DNA of 24,000 nt, taken from contig NZ_BAHD01000016.1 in NCBI RefSeq assembly GCF_000298215.1, positions 45,484-69,483 on the forward strand, in the 5' to 3' direction. Both the position numbers and the translations under genes were made by a program. A model generated the notes under the pieces. The model was not told the DNA's origin, did not search any database, and saw only the letters and a list, made by a program, of their open reading frames with translations. Shown here in pieces: positions 23,417 through 24,000 of this stretch; the stretch's first letter is position 1; every line of letters begins with the position of its first letter. The stretch comes from Kineosphaera limosa NBRC 100340. GTDB lineage: Bacteria; Actinomycetota; Actinomycetes; Actinomycetales; Dermatophilaceae.

Positions 23417-23519
23417 CGACTTCTCGACGCACTCGCGAACGAGCCTGATCACGAAGCCGCAGGTCAGCGACCTGGCCTAGTTGCCGAAGGTGCCCCGAGT
23501 GCGTCGAAAGGTCGCTACG
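23412..23519. repeat. Long imperfect inverted repeat; candidate bidirectional terminator or structured RNA
   Basis: Read directly. The arms are 23412-23435 and 23496-23519, with 22 of 24 positions complementary. The 60-nt spacer holds an inner hairpin, CAGGTC-agc-GACCTG, at 23460-23474. The left arm is cgtagcgacttctcgacgcactcg. The reverse complement of the right arm is cgtagcgacctttcgacgcactcg. The left arm includes the TAG stop of the upstream gene. Confidence 0.7.
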
Positions 23520-23556
23520 TCAACCGACACTGCGACGCCCAGGCCTCGACGTCCGC

Positions 23557-24000
23557 CTACTTGCCCTTCTCGGCGAGGAAGTGCTGGCGGGCAATGACGC
23601 CGGTGTCGGGGTTGTCGGTGAAGAGCCCGTCGATGCCGGTGCGCAGGTAGGTGACCATCTCGTCGATGGCGCGGCCGTACTGGGTGGCGTCGTCGCTGGT
23701 CTGGAAGTCCTTGGCCATGAAGGAGTTCTCGTTGCGGAAGGTCCACGGCACCACCTTCAGGCCGGCCGCGTGGGCGTCGGCGACGAGGCTCGTCGGCGCA
23801 TCCAGCGTGCCGTCGGCCTTCTTGGGGATGACGAAGAACTTCTCCGGGCCGATGCCGTCGGCGAAGGTGGCGATCTCCTTCAGGCCCGCGGGTTTCATCC
23901 AGTCGGAGTACTTGCGCGCGTCGCCCTTGCTCAGCAGGTCGTACGGCCCGTCCCACTGCCCGTCGCCGGTCCACGCCAGGAACGTCGAGTTCGCCCGGTA
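23557..24000 (-). CDS. glpQ: Glycerophosphodiester phosphodiesterase family protein, C-terminal 147 aa (5' end beyond the window)
   Basis: Track ORF 23557..23898(-) begins at an internal Met. The same frame stays open to position 24000; my translation upstream reads ...RANSTFLAWTGDGQWDGPYDLLSKGDARKYSDW-MKPAGLKEIATFADGIGPEK.... Motifs AHAAGLKVVPWTFRNEN and IDGLFTDNPD are typical of the GlpQ/UgpQ fold. Confidence 0.75.
   Translation of the reverse strand, partial: YRANSTFLAWTGDGQWDGPYDLLSKGDARKYSDWMKPAGLKEIATFADGIGPEKFFVIPKKADGTLDAPTSLVADAHAAGLKVVPWTFRNENSFMAKDFQTSDDATQYGRAIDEMVTYLRTGIDGLFTDNPDTGVIARQHFLAEKGK

Noticed and set aside
23477-23974. 165-aa minus-strand ORF overlapping the glpQ-like gene in another frame
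   Set aside because: Its composition is Arg/Pro/Gly-rich nonsense. The neighbouring frame gives clear glycerophosphodiester phosphodiesterase sequence that stays open to the window edge.

Overview
Very GC-rich (about 70% by eye, not computed), densely coding chromosomal window from a high-GC actinobacterium. I call 21 protein-coding genes (2 truncated by the window edges, 1 apparently frameshifted) and one tRNA-Val(UAC). Because of the GC content, most long ORFs in the track are antisense or out-of-frame shadows, and several true genes are only the downstream part of a longer track ORF. Both edge genes are missing from the track.

Layout:
- 1-5330: a TetR regulator divergent from an operon encoding an MMPL transporter and a YhgE/Pip protein.
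- 5327-7610: an RNB-family exoribonuclease divergent from yaaA.
- 7642-10579: a translationally coupled Nif3 / COG1579 zinc-ribbon / RNase HI-phosphatase operon, with synteny to M. tuberculosis Rv2230c-Rv2228c.
- 10664-15653: tRNA-Val, ahpE, a DUF3052 gene, fdhD and aceE (synteny to Rv2238c, Rv2239c, Rv2241).
- 15702-17962: an IclR regulator, then a pirin / FMN-reductase operon.
- 18188-23416: a five-gene operon (MFS transporter plus four dehydrogenases) that looks like an idonate/ketogluconate route.
- 23557-24000: a partial glpQ-like gene.

I see no transposase, integrase, prophage, CRISPR array or recognisable defence genes. This is mostly core genome.

Observations most worth a second look:
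1. The MMPL (RND-superfamily) transporter is fused in frame to a degenerate ABC-type nucleotide-binding domain. It sits 5 nt upstream of the YhgE/Pip gene, under a tandem palindromic TetR-type operator.
2. A -1 frame break at a G4 run splits the 2-hydroxyacid dehydrogenase gene inside an otherwise tightly coupled operon.
3. Perfect in-frame 9-12 bp tandem repeats lie in linkers or tails of four unrelated genes.
4. An inverted repeat with 24-nt arms fills a convergent intergenic gap.

All functional calls rest on my own recognition of the translated sequences. No database search was run.
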